64,000 nt of DNA from Eledone cirrhosa. Taxonomy: Eukaryota. The DNA lies in the NCBI GenBank assembly GCA_964016885.1, contig OZ024741.1, positions 39,122,001-39,186,000 of the forward strand. The letters run 5' to 3'. This document shows positions 29,454 to 43,600 of this stretch, in pieces. How positions within the stretch are numbered: position 1 is the first letter of the stretch; each line of letters opens with the position of its first letter. A program made the position numbers and the translations under genes. The notes beneath the pieces are model-generated. The model saw only the letters and a list, made by a program, of their open reading frames with translations, did no database searches and had not been told where the DNA came from.

Positions 29454-30379
29454 TCAATTTTGTTGGCTCTTGCTGATTTCAGTATGTATAAGTAATGTTA
29501 ATCTTTTAATACATTTCTTATTCCTAAGCAACTAATTAAAGTTCCACTGTAATTTATTAAATAAATGATTTGTGATAATGTCATATATTTAGAGATCCTA
29601 TTAAATTATACTTCACACGTAGACAATACATATATATATATATGTGTGTGTGTGTAGCTGTTTGTGTTCATGAATGAGTTAGTAGGCTGGCAAGATGAGA
29701 ACTTATAACTCTTTGGCTGACACCTTATTTTTTGTCATTTCAAAAATTACAAGATTATTATGGTATAGTCCTATAATTCATCAAGGAATCGTAGGGGCGT
29801 CTGATTGACATACGGCGTTTCAAGGACAGTTTTTAACCAGGCGCAGCCCAGTCCTCTCCATGTCTGAATACAGCAGATTTCTTCCAGAGAATGATAGAGA
29901 GAGTGAGAAAATGGAATAGCAAAAGAGACATAGAGGAAGAATCGACTCCCAGTACTTGACTGGATATCGTTCTCGAATGGATGAAATGTGAAATTAGAGA
30001 ACAGAGTGACAAAATGAATGCTGCAAAAGAACTTTATTGGACGTTCTAACGACTCTGGTAATTCTCCACCTTCAAAGATTATTATATTTTTTCCCATAAT
30101 CACACTGTTCCATATGAACTGTGTGTGATTGTGCGTGTAGGTATGGGTGTGTATGCGGGTGAATGTTTACATACACACACACATATATATATATGTATGT
30201 ATGTATGTGCGTATGTATGTATGTGTGTATGTGTGTTCTTGCGTCTGCGCGTGTGTGTGGGTGTGTGAATGCAAGCATATATAGGACTGTAGCACCTGAT
30301 GGAGTCACACACACACACACACACACATACACATATATATATATTGAATAGTCTTGTCTTATAAAGTATCCGAAACTAT

Positions 30380-30560
30380 AATTGTTTCTACTTTTGGCAC
30401 AAGGCCAGCAAATACCCAGTACATTACTGGTACTTTATTTTATCGACCCGTAAGGATGAAAGGCAAAGTTGACCTCGGTGGGATTTGAACTCAGACTGTA
30501 AAGAGACGTAACTATGCTGGAAAGCATGGCGTCCGACTACCGATACTGCCAATTCACCGG
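30380..30560 (-). mobile_element. tRNA-derived SINE (second family)
   Basis: Minus strand ggtgaattggcagtatcggtag...gagttcaaatcc...ctttgcctttcatcc; homologues at 37730-37948, 39463-39679, 39931-40125, 52180-52462. Confidence 0.8.
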
Positions 30561-30718
30561 GAATTGTCCATGTACTTGTCTCTTCTTTTCTGTTTCCTAT
30601 ATTTCTCCCACGTTTTTTAAAGAATATTTTCATTGTAACCACACAGCCTAATTTTTTATGTCAAACTTATTTCCTACTGCTGTGACACTCTCTCTCTCTT
30701 TCTCTCTCCCTCTCTCTG

Positions 30719-30791
<73 letters not shown>

Positions 30792-30989
30792 ATTTCTCCC
30801 TCTATATCCATCTAACTGTTGTTTTCTCACTACCCTTCAAACCCTTTGTCCCAGCCTTTTGCGAATTGACAATGACCTGGTCAGTCATCTTCACCATATC
30901 TTTCCTATTGATATTAGTTCTAGGGATTACTACTCAATCTATCCAAACTGTTTATTCATTGCTGTTTACTTTATGACTTCCAATCTGGC

Positions 30990-32220
30990 CTAAGCGTAGC
31001 AGCATCGATCGAGTCAATCACCTAGTCTGAACGCTGTTGCAGGGCCTGGTTCACACGCTTCCGTTCCGGTGATTACAGCTTTGAAGATCGACCTCGTACA
31101 GGACGTTCGTCTGACTGCAACTGCTTGTGCTGGTGGAAGCCGACCCAGCTCTCTGAAGTGCTTAGGGCATCAAAAACAAGCATCCTCAATCACTTGCATG
31201 CAATAAGGAAGGTGTGAAGGCGCATGGCTTAGTGGTTAGAGCATTGGGTTTGCAATCGAAAGGTTGTGAGTTCAATTTTCGGCCAGGATGCTGTGTTGTT
31301 TCCTTGAGCAAGACACTTTATTACACGTTGCTCCAGTTTACTCAGCTGTAGAAATGAGATGATAGGACTGGGGTCCCTATCATTAAATCACTGAAGACAC
31401 CTCCAACGAGATATACCTTGGAGGAGGCCAGCTAAACCTGCATAGGTGTGAGCTGTAACAACAACAACAACACCAACAATAAGGAAGGTGTTCAAGCTGG
31501 GCCAATGCGTGATCCACAGTCTGACTCACCATAATCGTAAATATCGGGTGTTAGCTGCGACTTCACTACTTTCCTATCATTGCACAAACAATTGGTTACG
31601 TTCCATTGTCACTGGTGAAAATGGTATTAACCGCAAGCGATCGTGGGTTGATAAAGAGAGTGTGCCACAACGGCAAGCAAAGGTTGGTCTCCACCCTCGC
31701 AAGGTCCTAGCGAGTGTCTGCTGACACAGGAAGGGTGTCACCCTGTAAGAGCTGCTCCTACCGAGCAACAGCATAACCTCTGACGTCCATTGTCAACAAC
31801 TTGACAGATTAGCGGCAAAAATCGCACAGGTGCGCCCACACCATGGCCCTGCTCGATTCCTTCATGATAACTCTCGGCCGCATACATCTAGGATGCCTCG
31901 TGTGAAGCTGCTGGGACTAGATTGAGAGGTTCTTCCCATCCACCGTAATCGCCCGATCTCACGCCATAAGATTATCACCTTTCTATCTCCATGAGCAATG
32001 CAATGCAGTCAAAGACCGCCAACGAAGACTAGTTAAATCAGTGGCTGGCAGAATTCTTTGCATCGAAGCTAGAAGAATCCTTCAGGAATAGAATCCTGTG
32101 CTTTTCTAAACGATGACAAATGGCAATCGCAAATGATGGCGATTATTTTGACATGTAAAATATTCCTAATATTAAAAAAATCAAAAAAATCGGTGAAAAC
32201 TTTTTGTCCAACCTAACATA
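30990..32220 (+). mobile_element. Decayed mariner (Tc1/mariner) transposon
   Basis: WFTRFRSGDYSFEDRPRTGR, IVTG, FLHDNSRPH, SPDLTP*DYHLF (YSPDLAPSDY-like) with stops; right TIR-like tttttgtccaacctaa at ~32201-32216. Confidence 0.85.
31216..31476 (+). mobile_element. Full-length tRNA-derived SINE with (CAA)n tail, nested in the mariner
   Basis: A box tggcttagtgg, B box gagttcaatt; 15-bp TSD caataaggaaggtgt at 31201-31215 and 31477-31491. Confidence 0.92.
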
Positions 32221-32226
32221 CATATT

Positions 32227-33625
32227 GGTATCTGGATGATGCTACGTTGGGCGCGCTCGTACGGACGATTCCTGCCCTGGCGGGAATCGGCCTCCAGGTC
32301 AACTCAGCCAAGTCAGAGGTGGTGAACGTCAGCCTCGATGCTGCGAGCTTTGCAGCCTCCGTCTTGGACGTGCGGTCCAGGCTTCAACAGCTCCAGACTC
32401 TCACGAGCCGACTGGGCTTGATTGACGGCCACCCAGCTCTCTTTCTGCTGAGGAACTGCTTCGCCATGCCGAAGCTCCTCTTTACACTCCGCAGCGCTCC
32501 ATGCTACACCCAGACACCTCTCCTCGCTGACCTCGATACTTGTATCCGAGCAGCAGCAGCCGAGGGGATATGCAACGTCAAGTTTGACGACATAGGGTGG
32601 CAACAGGCCACTTTACTGGTCAGGTATGGCGGCCTAGGCCTCCGATCCCCGATCTCACTAGCTTTGCCGGCGTATCTTTCGTCGGTAACCTCGTGCCGCG
32701 TCCTCGTCAGCAGAGTTCTTCAAAACACAAAGAACCCTCTGTGTTCAGAGAACGTGAGACCACCTAAGAGACGTGGGACCGGCTGGGTAGACGTCCCTTC
32801 TCCTTCTTCCACTGTTGACGTCAAGTCCCCCCAACGCACTTGGGATGCCATCCAGTGCAGCTTGGCCTCAGACAGGCTCACGCGCCAGCTCGACCAGCAC
32901 CGCATTGCTTGTTTTCGTGCGGCCTCCAAACCCCACAGTGGTGCCTGGCTCCAAGCTCTGCCCTCCTTCTCCACTGGCACGCAGCTAGACAACCATAGCC
33001 TGCGAATCGGCGTTTCCCTGAGACTCGGCCTCCGGATCTGCCAGCCACACCAATGTCGCTGCGGTTCCACCGTGGACTCTTTCGGCCTCTACCCGCTTTC
33101 CTGTCGCTATAGTGCCGGCCGCATTCCACGCCATACTGCCCTCAACGAGGTCATTAAGCATGGCTTGGACGCTGCAGGCTTCCCTTCCCAGCTCGAGCCG
33201 ATGGAGCTGGATCGAGGGGACGGCAAAAGGCCAGATGGCATGACCATCTTCCCGTTCCGCGGTGGCAAACCCTCGTCTGGGATGCCACTTGCACTGACAC
33301 TTTCTGCAGCCGAAACCTGGTGCAGTCTGCGACTGACCCAGGTTCTGCTGCACGTCGGGCTGAGGGGGCCAAACTCCTCAAATACCGGTCGCTCTCCGAC
33401 AGGTTTGCGGTCGTTCCCCTGGCAGTGGAAACTTCTGGTGTCCTCGGCCCCAGGGCTACCTTCTTACTCACCACCATAGGCGCTGAGCTGGCCAGCCGTA
33501 GGTGTGAACCCCGCGAGTTGGAGTGGCTTTTCCAGCGCGTCTCCCTTGCCGTCCTCCGGGGAAACGCCTTCTCCATTCTGTCCGCCGGGGCTGTGGTTGG
33601 TCCCCATCGGGTATCAATACATTAG
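32227..33625 (+). mobile_element. 5'-truncated CRE-like non-LTR retrotransposon (RT thumb, zinc knuckle, restriction-like endonuclease), frameshifted near 33270
   Basis: WYLDD, GGLGLR, SGAWLQALP, CRCG...C...RH, KRPDG, LVWDATC, KLLKY, VPLAVETSG. Confidence 0.85.
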
Positions 33626-34329
33626 TTAAATACCATTCTTTCATCGTTACAACTTATATCCACATTAGTATACAGTGTTCACATTTCTTTAATATTTTAC
33701 TAGATTTAGTTGTTTGACTGCGGCCATGCTTGATCACTACTTTTGTTGGGCTTAGTCGATGATATCGCCTCTAATATATATATATATATATATATTTCTT
33801 TTTAAGTTCGAGGACTTATTTTATCGATTTCTTTTTGGTCAACCCCTAAGTTATTGGACATAAATTATCAGGAAATGTAAACACAGACAGACACACACAC
33901 ACATATATGTGTGCGAATGTTTCTGTGTTTTTGCTTGTGTTTGAGTGTCTGTGTGTATGCGTTTATGTATGTATGTATGTTTATATGTATGTGTGTTTGT
34001 GTGTGTTTATGTATGTGTGCATATATGTTTATAACTGTATGTGTGTGTATGATTGTTAAGGTTTTCTAACCGTTGCAGTACCGCCCCATCACACTAAATC
34101 TCTGCCCTCCACTCTCAACCCTTACTTTCTCCTCTCTACCCCCCCCCCCCCCCCCTGCTCCATTTCCTTTCTTCCGCTCCCTCTCCCTCTCACCCTCTCT
34201 CTCTCCTCCCTCTCCCTATCTCACTCCCGCTTTCTCTCTCTCTCTCACTCACTCTCCCTATCGCTCTTTCCCTCTCTATTTTCTTCCTATTTCTGACTTA
34301 TTGCCTCTTCCTCTTACGCCCCCCCCCCC

Positions 34330-34395
34330 CCTCCTCCTCATCCACCTCCTCCTCCTCCTCCTCCTCCTAATCCTCCTCCTCATCCTACTACAACA

Positions 34396-34436
<41 letters not shown>

Positions 34437-34449
34437 CACCACCACCACC

Positions 34450-34505
<56 letters not shown>

Positions 34506-34664
34506 CACCACTACTACTACTATTACTACTACCACCACCACCACCACCAATACCACCACCACCACCACCACCACCACCACCACCACCACCACCACCACTA
34601 TTACTACTACTACTACTACCACCACCACCACCACCACCACCACCACCACCACCACCACCACCAT

Positions 34665-34700
<36 letters not shown>

Positions 34701-34747
34701 ACTACTACCACCACCACCACCACCACCACCACCACCACCACCACCAT

Positions 34748-34789
<42 letters not shown>

Positions 34790-34909
34790 CACCACCACCA
34801 CCACCACCACCACCATTACTACTACTACTACTACCACCACCACCACTATTACTACTACCACCACCACCACCACCACCACCACCACCACCACCACCACCAC
34901 CACCATTAC

Positions 34910-34951
<42 letters not shown>

Positions 34952-35003
34952 CACCACCACCACCACCACCACCACCACCACCACCACCACCACCACCACC
35001 ACC

Positions 35004-35046
<43 letters not shown>
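34330..35046. repeat. (CCT)/(CTA)/(CCA)n compound microsatellite
   Basis: Direct reading. Confidence 0.95.
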
Positions 35047-35610
35047 GTCTATCTGTACTGACGTCGTTCCAGTTATTTCCCTGTCCTTGTTGCGGTCTCC
35101 CACGCTGTACCACGCTGCACCGCCCCAGTTCATGGCTATTCGTTCGTTTTATTCATTCTCTTATTTCTCCATTCCCTCTCCTTATTCGTTGACTGTTGCT
35201 CAGCTTGTCTGCTGCTTGTTTCGTCGCCTTGCCGTATCCCACCGGAAACAACCGAACACAAGAGCACCCGACGTCCAGTGGCCACTTCATAACAACTGTC
35301 TAGTATCTCTTCCGCCTGCTTTATCTCCTTCCCCTCTCTCGTCAATACCCTCTTCCTCCTTCTCTCCCTCTTCCACTATATCTTTCTTCTTAACATCCTC
35401 CCAATCCTTTCATGCTTCATCTTTCTCGTTAGCTCCTCCTACTCACTTGCTACTCTTTAACTCCTCCCACAACGTTATATTATGTATATATCTTTCCCCG
35501 CCTCCCCGTCACAATCTTTCCACTTCCTGTTTATCTTTCTCGTTCTTTCTTTACCTTTCCTTCTAGGCCTCTCTCACTTCTATTCACTCACATTCCTCTC
35601 GGCTCTCTTT

Positions 35611-35664
<54 letters not shown>

Positions 35665-35839
35665 TCACTCTCTCTCTCTCGCTCTATTTCTCTCTTTCTT
35701 TCTTTATTTTTCTAGCTCATCCTCTCTTTCTGCCCTACTCTCTCTTTCTAAATATCTCTCTTTCTCTCTCTTTCTTACTTTTACTCTATCTTACTCTCTG
35801 TTTCTGTTTCTTTCTCTCCCTCTCATTCTATATTTTTAC

Positions 35840-35940
<101 letters not shown>

Positions 35941-36019
35941 TCATCACTATCTATCGACCTATCCATCCATCTATCTCATCTATCTTATCTATCTAGCTAG
36001 CTACCTATCTATCTATCTG

Positions 36020-36703
36020 TACACTGCCCGGGCGTTACCGACCTGTGGGGCTATGTAGAATGACTATTGTCGCGGGTGGGACCAATCCAGTTGACCACCG
36101 AGTCCATTTTCATGATCAAATCGCCACCCTCCTTCAAAAACGAGGGAGAGGCGGTTTTCCTATGTGTTATGGCTATGGTGAAAGAGGTTATATGGTGGAC
36201 GAGGTTAAAAGGGCTGAGGTCAGACACCTTTCTCTCCGGCGAGCAACTGATTCGTTTTTTCAAATATCATTTTGGAAGAAGAATCAGGATGGAGAGAGAG
36301 GTGCTCTACTCCAGGATGGAGAGAGAGGTGCTGTACCCCAGGATGGAGAGAGAGGTGCTCTACCCCAGGATGGAAAGAGAGGTGCTGTACCCCAGCAAAT
36401 GTTATAAAAGGTGGGTGAATGTGGCAAAGATGGCCCGAGTGGTTGGGCCTTCTCTCTATATAAGCCTGTAGGTTGAGGTAAAAGAGGAAGTGAGGAAGGG
36501 AGTACTCACTCTTGGTGCTCCTGGAGATGAGGGTTGTACATTTTTTCGGGGTGTGTACAACCCCTGTGTAACGCCTCCCCCCTATTGGGGATATCAATTG
36601 TTATTTGTTATTTTATTAATAGTTTTATTTTCATATACCTGTATGTAAACTTCCCATTTGTATTTGTTCCCTTCTTTTGTGCCCTTGTGGCTAATAAAGA
36701 AAT

Positions 36704-36706
<3 letters not shown>
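36020..36706 (+). mobile_element. 3' end of an L1/Tx1-like LINE within (ATCT)n; internal 27-bp x4 duplication at 36285-36394
   Basis: ORF tail AMVKEVIWWTR...FFKYH...KRWVN; 3' UTR ending in aataaa then (TCTA)n. Confidence 0.55.
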
Positions 36707-36746
<40 letters not shown>

Positions 36747-37034
36747 AATGTCTATATTCCCCTCTCCTCTTCTCTTTCTATACCCCAGTTTTGTTTCATT
36801 TCATTTTTTCACTATATCTTTCCTTCTATCGTTCTCCCACTAATTTCTTCTTCTTCTTCTTCTTCTTCTTCTTCTTCTTCTTCTTCTTCTTCTTCTTCTT
36901 CTTCTTCTTCTTCTTCTTCTTCTTCTTCTTCACCTGTTGTGTTATTGTTATATAGTCTTTGATCAGCATTGCTATTTATTTATTCGGTAGATCTTCAGGC
37001 AAGTCTCAGTGACCAAGTCTCTCACCTCTCACAG

Positions 37035-37134
37035 ATCCTCCGAAGTCAGAGAGTTTGAGACTGTTAACGTTCTATGTTCCACAATTTGTAGTTGGCCGAA
37101 CGACCACATAGAGAACCCGACGTTGACTCGACAG
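37035..37134 (+). other. Candidate 100-nt exon
   Basis: Pyrimidine-rich acceptor tctctcacctctcacag and consensus donor cag/gtaaga; one open frame; product not recognised. Confidence 0.3.
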
Positions 37135-37729
37135 GTAAGATTTTATTCTGTTTCCGCTATCCCAGAACCCTTGTCAGGGAAATCAATACCAAGAACAAGA
37201 ACATATAACCAAGGATAAACCTTTATCAATTCAACAATGAATGTTATGTAACAGTTGTTTGATCAATGGAACAGCCTGTTCATGAAATTAACGTACAAGT
37301 GGCTGGGTATTCCAGTCATTTTCAGGGAGATTTACAGTATTCAACGATGTGTTCAATTTAACAGCATTATACCAGCATTTAACCTACCATATTGGACGTA
37401 TGATAAAATCTGGACTATTGGTATTAAAACCAAGAGACAACTAACGACCAACATAAATTTGACTATTTGTACTTGAAACGAAAATAAAGACCCCGGTTCT
37501 AACTTAAATTGAAATAGACTTTGAATGCGGCCTCTTATTAATTTGACACAACACGTTTCTACCATTCACGTGTGCACTGAATGTAATTCTCGGGGAGATT
37601 ATGTATGATACAGTGTGTGACATGATTGGCTCTTTGAATTGCAGCTACAGCCCACTCCACGGGTTTCCGAACAGTTTCCTTTATCCAGTTACACTTACAA
37701 GACGTGGGTCGACTGCAGGCTAGGGTAAA

Positions 37730-37948
37730 TAATGATTTCTTATATAGGCACAAAGCCAACAATTTTGGAGGAGGGGAAAGTCTATTTTATCGACCCAGTG
37801 CGTGACTGGTACTTTATTTTATCGACCCCGTGAAGATGAAAGGCAAAGTTAACCTTGACCGGATTTGAACTCAGATCATAAAGGGTGGTAACTCTATGAT
37901 GTAAATCATGGCGTCCGACTCTCTACCGAAACTGGTAATCCACGGCGC
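37730..37948 (-). mobile_element. tRNA-derived SINE (second family)
   Basis: Homology to 39463-39679; possible TSD ggtaaataat. Confidence 0.8.
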
Positions 37949-38551
37949 TAAGGTAAATAATATTTTTACAATATGCCATGCAGTGGAATCGAACCGGGAG
38001 GCTTATGATTACGAAACGAATATTTTAAGCATACGGCCGTATTGCCTCCACATATCAATAAGAGGTTGTACACATTACATATAGAAATGAAAAGAAAAAA
38101 AAAAGAAACAGCAACTAAAAGAATAACATAAAAAAGACAATACAAAGAAAAAGAAAACGAACACGAAAAAATCTGAAATGTTACACTCTCGCGAGAAGAT
38201 ATGAGATTTCCGCTCGCGAAATAATTTACTAATGGCTCTAGGCAGATGGAAGCTTTTAAGCTTTGTTCAGTGAAGTGACGGACGCCGATAAACTCTGGGG
38301 TTCTTGACACTGACGAATAAATTGCGCCATAAAATTAGTGTTTCGTTTGAGTAGAGAGGCCTTTGTCGCTTGATAAGTCTTTCGTTAAGTACAACAAGAT
38401 GAAAGACAAGTAAAGACACTAACACAGTAACAACGGACGGATTGTGGGCTAAAGTGTTGCAATCGATTATGATGATTTATTATATATTTATATATATGTA
38501 TATATGTGTGTATATATATATATATATATGTGTACATTATTTATATATATG

Positions 38552-38678
<127 letters not shown>

Positions 38679-38765
38679 ATATATATATAGATATATATGT
38701 ATATATGTATATATATATATATATGTGTGTGTATATATGTATATATATATATCTGTATATATATG

Positions 38766-38828
<63 letters not shown>

Positions 38829-39462
38829 AATATATATATATACATATATATAAATAATGTACATATATATATAGAGATATATAGATATATTTGAATATAT
38901 ATGAAAATCATTATTATTACTATTATTATCTTTATCATCATCATCATCATCATCTCTTATATTCATTATTATTATTACTATTAATGTTATTATTATTAAT
39001 CTTATTGCTGTTGATATTATTATTATCATTATTGGCATTGTTATTAAAATACCGATGAGCCATTCCTGGCTATAGAGGAAGATCGATTAATCGATAGGTC
39101 ATTGATATGATTTACAACTGTGCATCAATGCAGATATGTTTCGTACAAAGATGTTGCCTTGACTACGAGGATTTGCTAACGGAAGCTGTGCGGCTGATTA
39201 CGACTCTTCGACGTACGTGTGAAAGCACGTGTTTAGTATAATCACACTATATAATTATGAATGGTGGTGTGGTGGAGTGTCGGAGACGTTGTACGGAGTG
39301 AAATAACTTACTAAATAAAGAAATACCTTGTAGTATCTTGCTGAAAGGCTCGTGGCAAACTGGTTAGGGCATTGAGCTTACAATCGGAAAATTGTGGGCT
39401 CCATGCTCGAACAGAATAAGGCATTTCGTTTCATGATGCCTTGCATCATTTAGTTAAGTTGG

Positions 39463-39679
39463 GGCGGTGAATTGGCAGTATCGGTAGAGGGTCGGACGCC
39501 ATGTTTTGTAGCATAGAGTTACGCCCCTTTGTGATCTGAGTTCAAATTCCGTCGAGGTTAACTTTGCCTTTCATCCTTCGTAGTAGATAAAATAAAGTGC
39601 CAGTCATGCACTGGGGTCGATTTAATAGACTTTCCATTCCCCCAAAATTGCTGGCCTTGTGCCTATATAGGAAATCATT
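39463..39679 (+). mobile_element. tRNA-derived SINE (second family)
   Basis: ggcggtgaattggcag head, gagttcaaattcc B box; direct repeat atttagttaagttggg on both sides. Confidence 0.85.
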
Positions 39680-39930
39680 ATTTAGTTAAGTTGGGTTGGC
39701 AGTATCGGCAGTATCCAAGGCTGGTTAATGAACATTAGCTCAGGAGCCCTTTTTGGGACACTACAAATGGCATGCCTACTGGGAACAACAACGACCTACG
39801 ATACGTACTGAAATATATGAGGCTGCATGTAGTGGCTTGGTATTCATTAGGGCAAATTGTCCGGTTAAATAATACCAATGACTGAGATATCAAATTCACT
39901 ATTATTGTTATTATTATTATTGTTGTTGTT

Positions 39931-40125
39931 AGGGCGGTGGATTGGCAGTATCGGTAGACGGTCGGACGCCATGCTTAGCAGAATAGAGTTACGGCCCTTT
40001 ACGGTATGAGTTCAAATCCCACCGAGGTTAACTTTGCCTTTCATCCTTTCAGGGTCGATAAAATAAAGTACCAATAATGTAGTGAGATAATTGCTGGCCT
40101 TGTGCCAAAAGTAGAAACAATTCTT
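39931..40125 (+). mobile_element. tRNA-derived SINE (second family)
   Basis: Homology to 39463-39679. Confidence 0.8.
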
Positions 40126-40515
40126 TAGTTAAGTTACTTTACACTCTAAAGACGTCCTTCTCTAGAAGTCAGGGTGTTGTAATCAATATTGTAAGGTCGT
40201 AGGTTTGATTCTCTACCCGGACGGCGGTCTGTGACCTTTAACAAGATTAAGTCATTTCATCTGAAGGATGGTCTATCAGATTCTATATAAGGTCCTGTCA
40301 GCTTTCTCATAAAGTTCAGGACTGATGCATTTCCGTTTTGAGCAAATGAGTCCAAGACACCGACCTGAAGTCTCTGATTTCCAGTTATAGCTGCTCCTTC
40401 TTTCCAATCCAAAACTCTTTGTATTCACACATATCTTGTCTCATTCCATTTGCTTGTTTATCGTACATCTCCGTGGTGGTTATTTTCATATCTATTGCTA
40501 CTATAAGGTGTACTT

Positions 40516-40671
40516 GAAGGCGCATGGTTTAGTGGCTAGAGCATTGGACTTGCAATCGAAAGGTTGTGAGTTCAATACTCAGACCGGGGGATGTGTTGTT
40601 TCCTTGAGCAAGACACTTTATTTCGCGTTGCTCCAGTTTACTCAGCTGTAGAAATGAAATAATAGGACTGG
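40516..40671 (+). mobile_element. 3'-truncated SINE running directly into the satellite
   Basis: Colinear with 31216-31373 up to aggactggg. Confidence 0.85.
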
Positions 40672-43600
40672 GTGGTGGTGATGGTGGTAGTGGTCATTGT
40701 GATGGTGTCATTGTTGTTGTTGTTGGTGGTGATGGCGGTAGTGGTCATTGTGATGGTGTCATTGCTGTTGTTGGTGGTGGTGGTGATGGTGGTAGTGGTC
40801 ATTGTGATGGTGTCATGGCTGTTGTTGTTGGTGGTGGTGATGGTGGTAGTGGTCATTGTGATGCTATCATTGCTGTTGTTGGTGGTGGTGGTGATGGTGG
40901 TAGTGGTCATTGTGATGGTGTCATGGCTGTTGTTGTTGGTGGTGGTGATGGTGGTAGTGGTCATTGTGATGGTATCTTTGTTGTTGTTGGTGGTGGTGAT
41001 GGTGGTTGTAGTGGTCATTGTGATGGTATCAATGCTGTTGTTGGTGGTGGTAGTGATGGTGGTAGTGGTCATTGTGATGGTATCTTTGTTGTTGTTGGTG
41101 GTGGTGATGGTGGTTGTAGTGGTCATTGTGATGGTATCTTTGTTGTTGTTGTTGGTGGTGGTAGTGATGGCGGTAGTGGTCATTGTGATGGTGTCATTGC
41201 TGTTGTTGGTGGTGGTGGTGATGGCGGTAGTGGTCATTGTGATGGTATCATTGCTGTTGTTGGTGGTGGTGGTGATGGCGGTAGTGGTCATAGTGATGGT
41301 GTCATTGTTGTTGTTGGTGGTGGTGGTGATGGCGGTAGTGGTCATTGTGATGGTATCATTGTTGTTGTTGGTGGTGGTGGTGATGGTGGTAGTGGTCATT
41401 GTGATGGTATCATTGCTGTTGTTGGTGGTGGTGGTGATGGCGGTAGTGGTCATAGTGATGGTGTCATTGTTGTTGTTGGTGGTGGTGGTGATGGTGGTAG
41501 TGGTCATTGTGATGGTGTCATTGTTGTTGTTGGTGGTGGTGGTGATGGCGGTAGTGGTCATTGTGATGGTGTCATTGTTGTTGTTGGTGGTGGTGGTGAT
41601 GGCGGTAGTGGTCATTGTGATGGTGTCATTGTTGTTGTTGGTGGTGGTGGTGATGGTGGTAGTGGTCATTGTGATGGTGTCATTGTTGTTGTTGTTGGTG
41701 GTGGTGATGGTGGTAGTGGTCATTGTGATGGTATCATTGCTGTTGTTGGTGGTGGTGGTGATGGTGGTAGTGGTCATTGTGATGGTATCATTGCTGTTAT
41801 TGGTGGTTGTGGTGATGGCGGTAGTGGTCATTGTGATGGTATCATTGTTGTTGTTGGTGGTGGTGGTGATGGTGGTAGTGGTCATTGTGATGGTATCATT
41901 GCTGTTGTTGGTGGTGGTGGTGATGGCGGTAGTGGTCATTGTGATGGTGTCATTGTTGTTGTTGGTGGTGGTGGTGATGGTGGTAGTGGTCATTGTGATG
42001 GTGTCATTGTTGTTGTTGTTGGTGGTGGTGATGGTGGTAGTGGTCATTGTGATGGTATCATTGCTGTTGTTGGTGGTGGTGGTGATGGTGGTAGTGGTCA
42101 TTGTGATGGTATCATTGCTGTTACTGGTGGTTGTGGTGATGGCGGTAGTGGTCATTGTGATGGTGTCATTGTTGTTGTTGGTGGTGGTGGTGATGGTGGT
42201 AGTGGTCATTGTGATGGTGTCATTGTTGTTGTTGGTGGTGGTGGTGATGGTGGTAGTGGTCATTGTGATGGTGTCATTGTTGTTGTTGGTGGTGGTGGTG
42301 ATGGTGGTAGTGGTCATTGTGATGGTATCATTGCTGTTATTGGTGGTTGTGGTGATGGCGGTAGTGGTCATTGTGATGGTGTCATTGTTGTTGTTGGTGG
42401 TGGTGGTGATGGTGGTAGTGGTCATTGTGATGGTATCATTGCTGTTATTGGTGGTTGTGGTGATGGCGGTAGTGGTCATTGTGATGGTGTCATTGTTGTT
42501 GTTGGTGGTGGTGGTGATGGTGGTAGTGGTCATTGTGATGGTGTCATTGTTGTTGTTGGTGGTGGTGGTGATGGTGGTAGTGGTCATTGTGATGGTGTCA
42601 TTGTTGTTGTTGGTGGTGGTGGTGATGGTGGTAGTGGTCATTGTGATGGTATCATTGCTGTTGTTGGTGGTTGTGGTGATGGCGGTAGTGGTCATTGTGA
42701 TGGTGTCATTGTTGTTGTTGGTGGTGGTGGTGATGGTGGTAGTGGTCATTGTGATGGTGTCATTGTTGTTGTTGGTGGTGGTGGTGATGGTGGTAGTGGT
42801 CATTGTGATGGTATCATTGCTGTTGTTGGTGGTTGTGGTGATGGCGGTAGTGGTCATTGTGATGGTGTCATTGTTGTTGTTGGTGGTGGTGGTGATGGTG
42901 GTAGTGGTCATTGTGATGGTGTCATTGTTGTTGTTGGTGGTGGTGGTGATGGTGGTAGTGGTCATTGTGATGGTATCATTGCTGTTGTTGGTGGTTGTGG
43001 TGATGGCGGTAGTGGTCATTGTGATGGTGTCATTGTTGTTGTTGGTGGTGGTGGTGATGGCGGTAGTGGTCATTGTGATGGTGTCATTGTTGTTGTTGGT
43101 GGTGGTGGTGATGGTGGTAGTGGTCATTGTGATGGTGTCATTGTTGTTGTTGTTGGTGGTGGTGATGGTGGTAGTGGTCATTGTGATGGTGTCATTGTTG
43201 TTGTTGGTGGTGGTGGTGATGGTGGTAGTGGTCATTGTGATGGTGTCATTGTTGTTGTTGTTGGTGGTGGTGATGGCGGTAGTGGTCATTGTGATGGTGT
43301 CATTGTTGTTGTTGGTGGTTGTGGTGATGGTGGTAGTGGTCATTGTGATGGTGTCATTGTTGTTGTTGGTGGTGGTGGTGATGGTGGTAGTGGTCATTGT
43401 GATGGTGTCATTGTTGTTGTTGGTGGTGGTGGTGATGGTGGTAGTGGTCATTGTGATGGTATCATTGCTGTTGTTGGTGGTTGTGGTGATGGCGGTAGTG
43501 GTCATTGTGATGGTGTCATTGTTGTTGTTGGTGGTGGTGGTGATGGCGGTAGTGGTCATTGTGATGGTGTCATTGTTGTTGTTGTTGGTGGTGGTGATGG

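Noticed and set aside
29771-30103. 110-aa non-repetitive ORF
   Set aside because: No recognisable motif; possibly a decayed TE but cannot be supported
31216-31290. tRNA gene-like A/B boxes
   Set aside because: These are SINE heads with downstream core, tail and TSD, not cloverleaf tRNA genes
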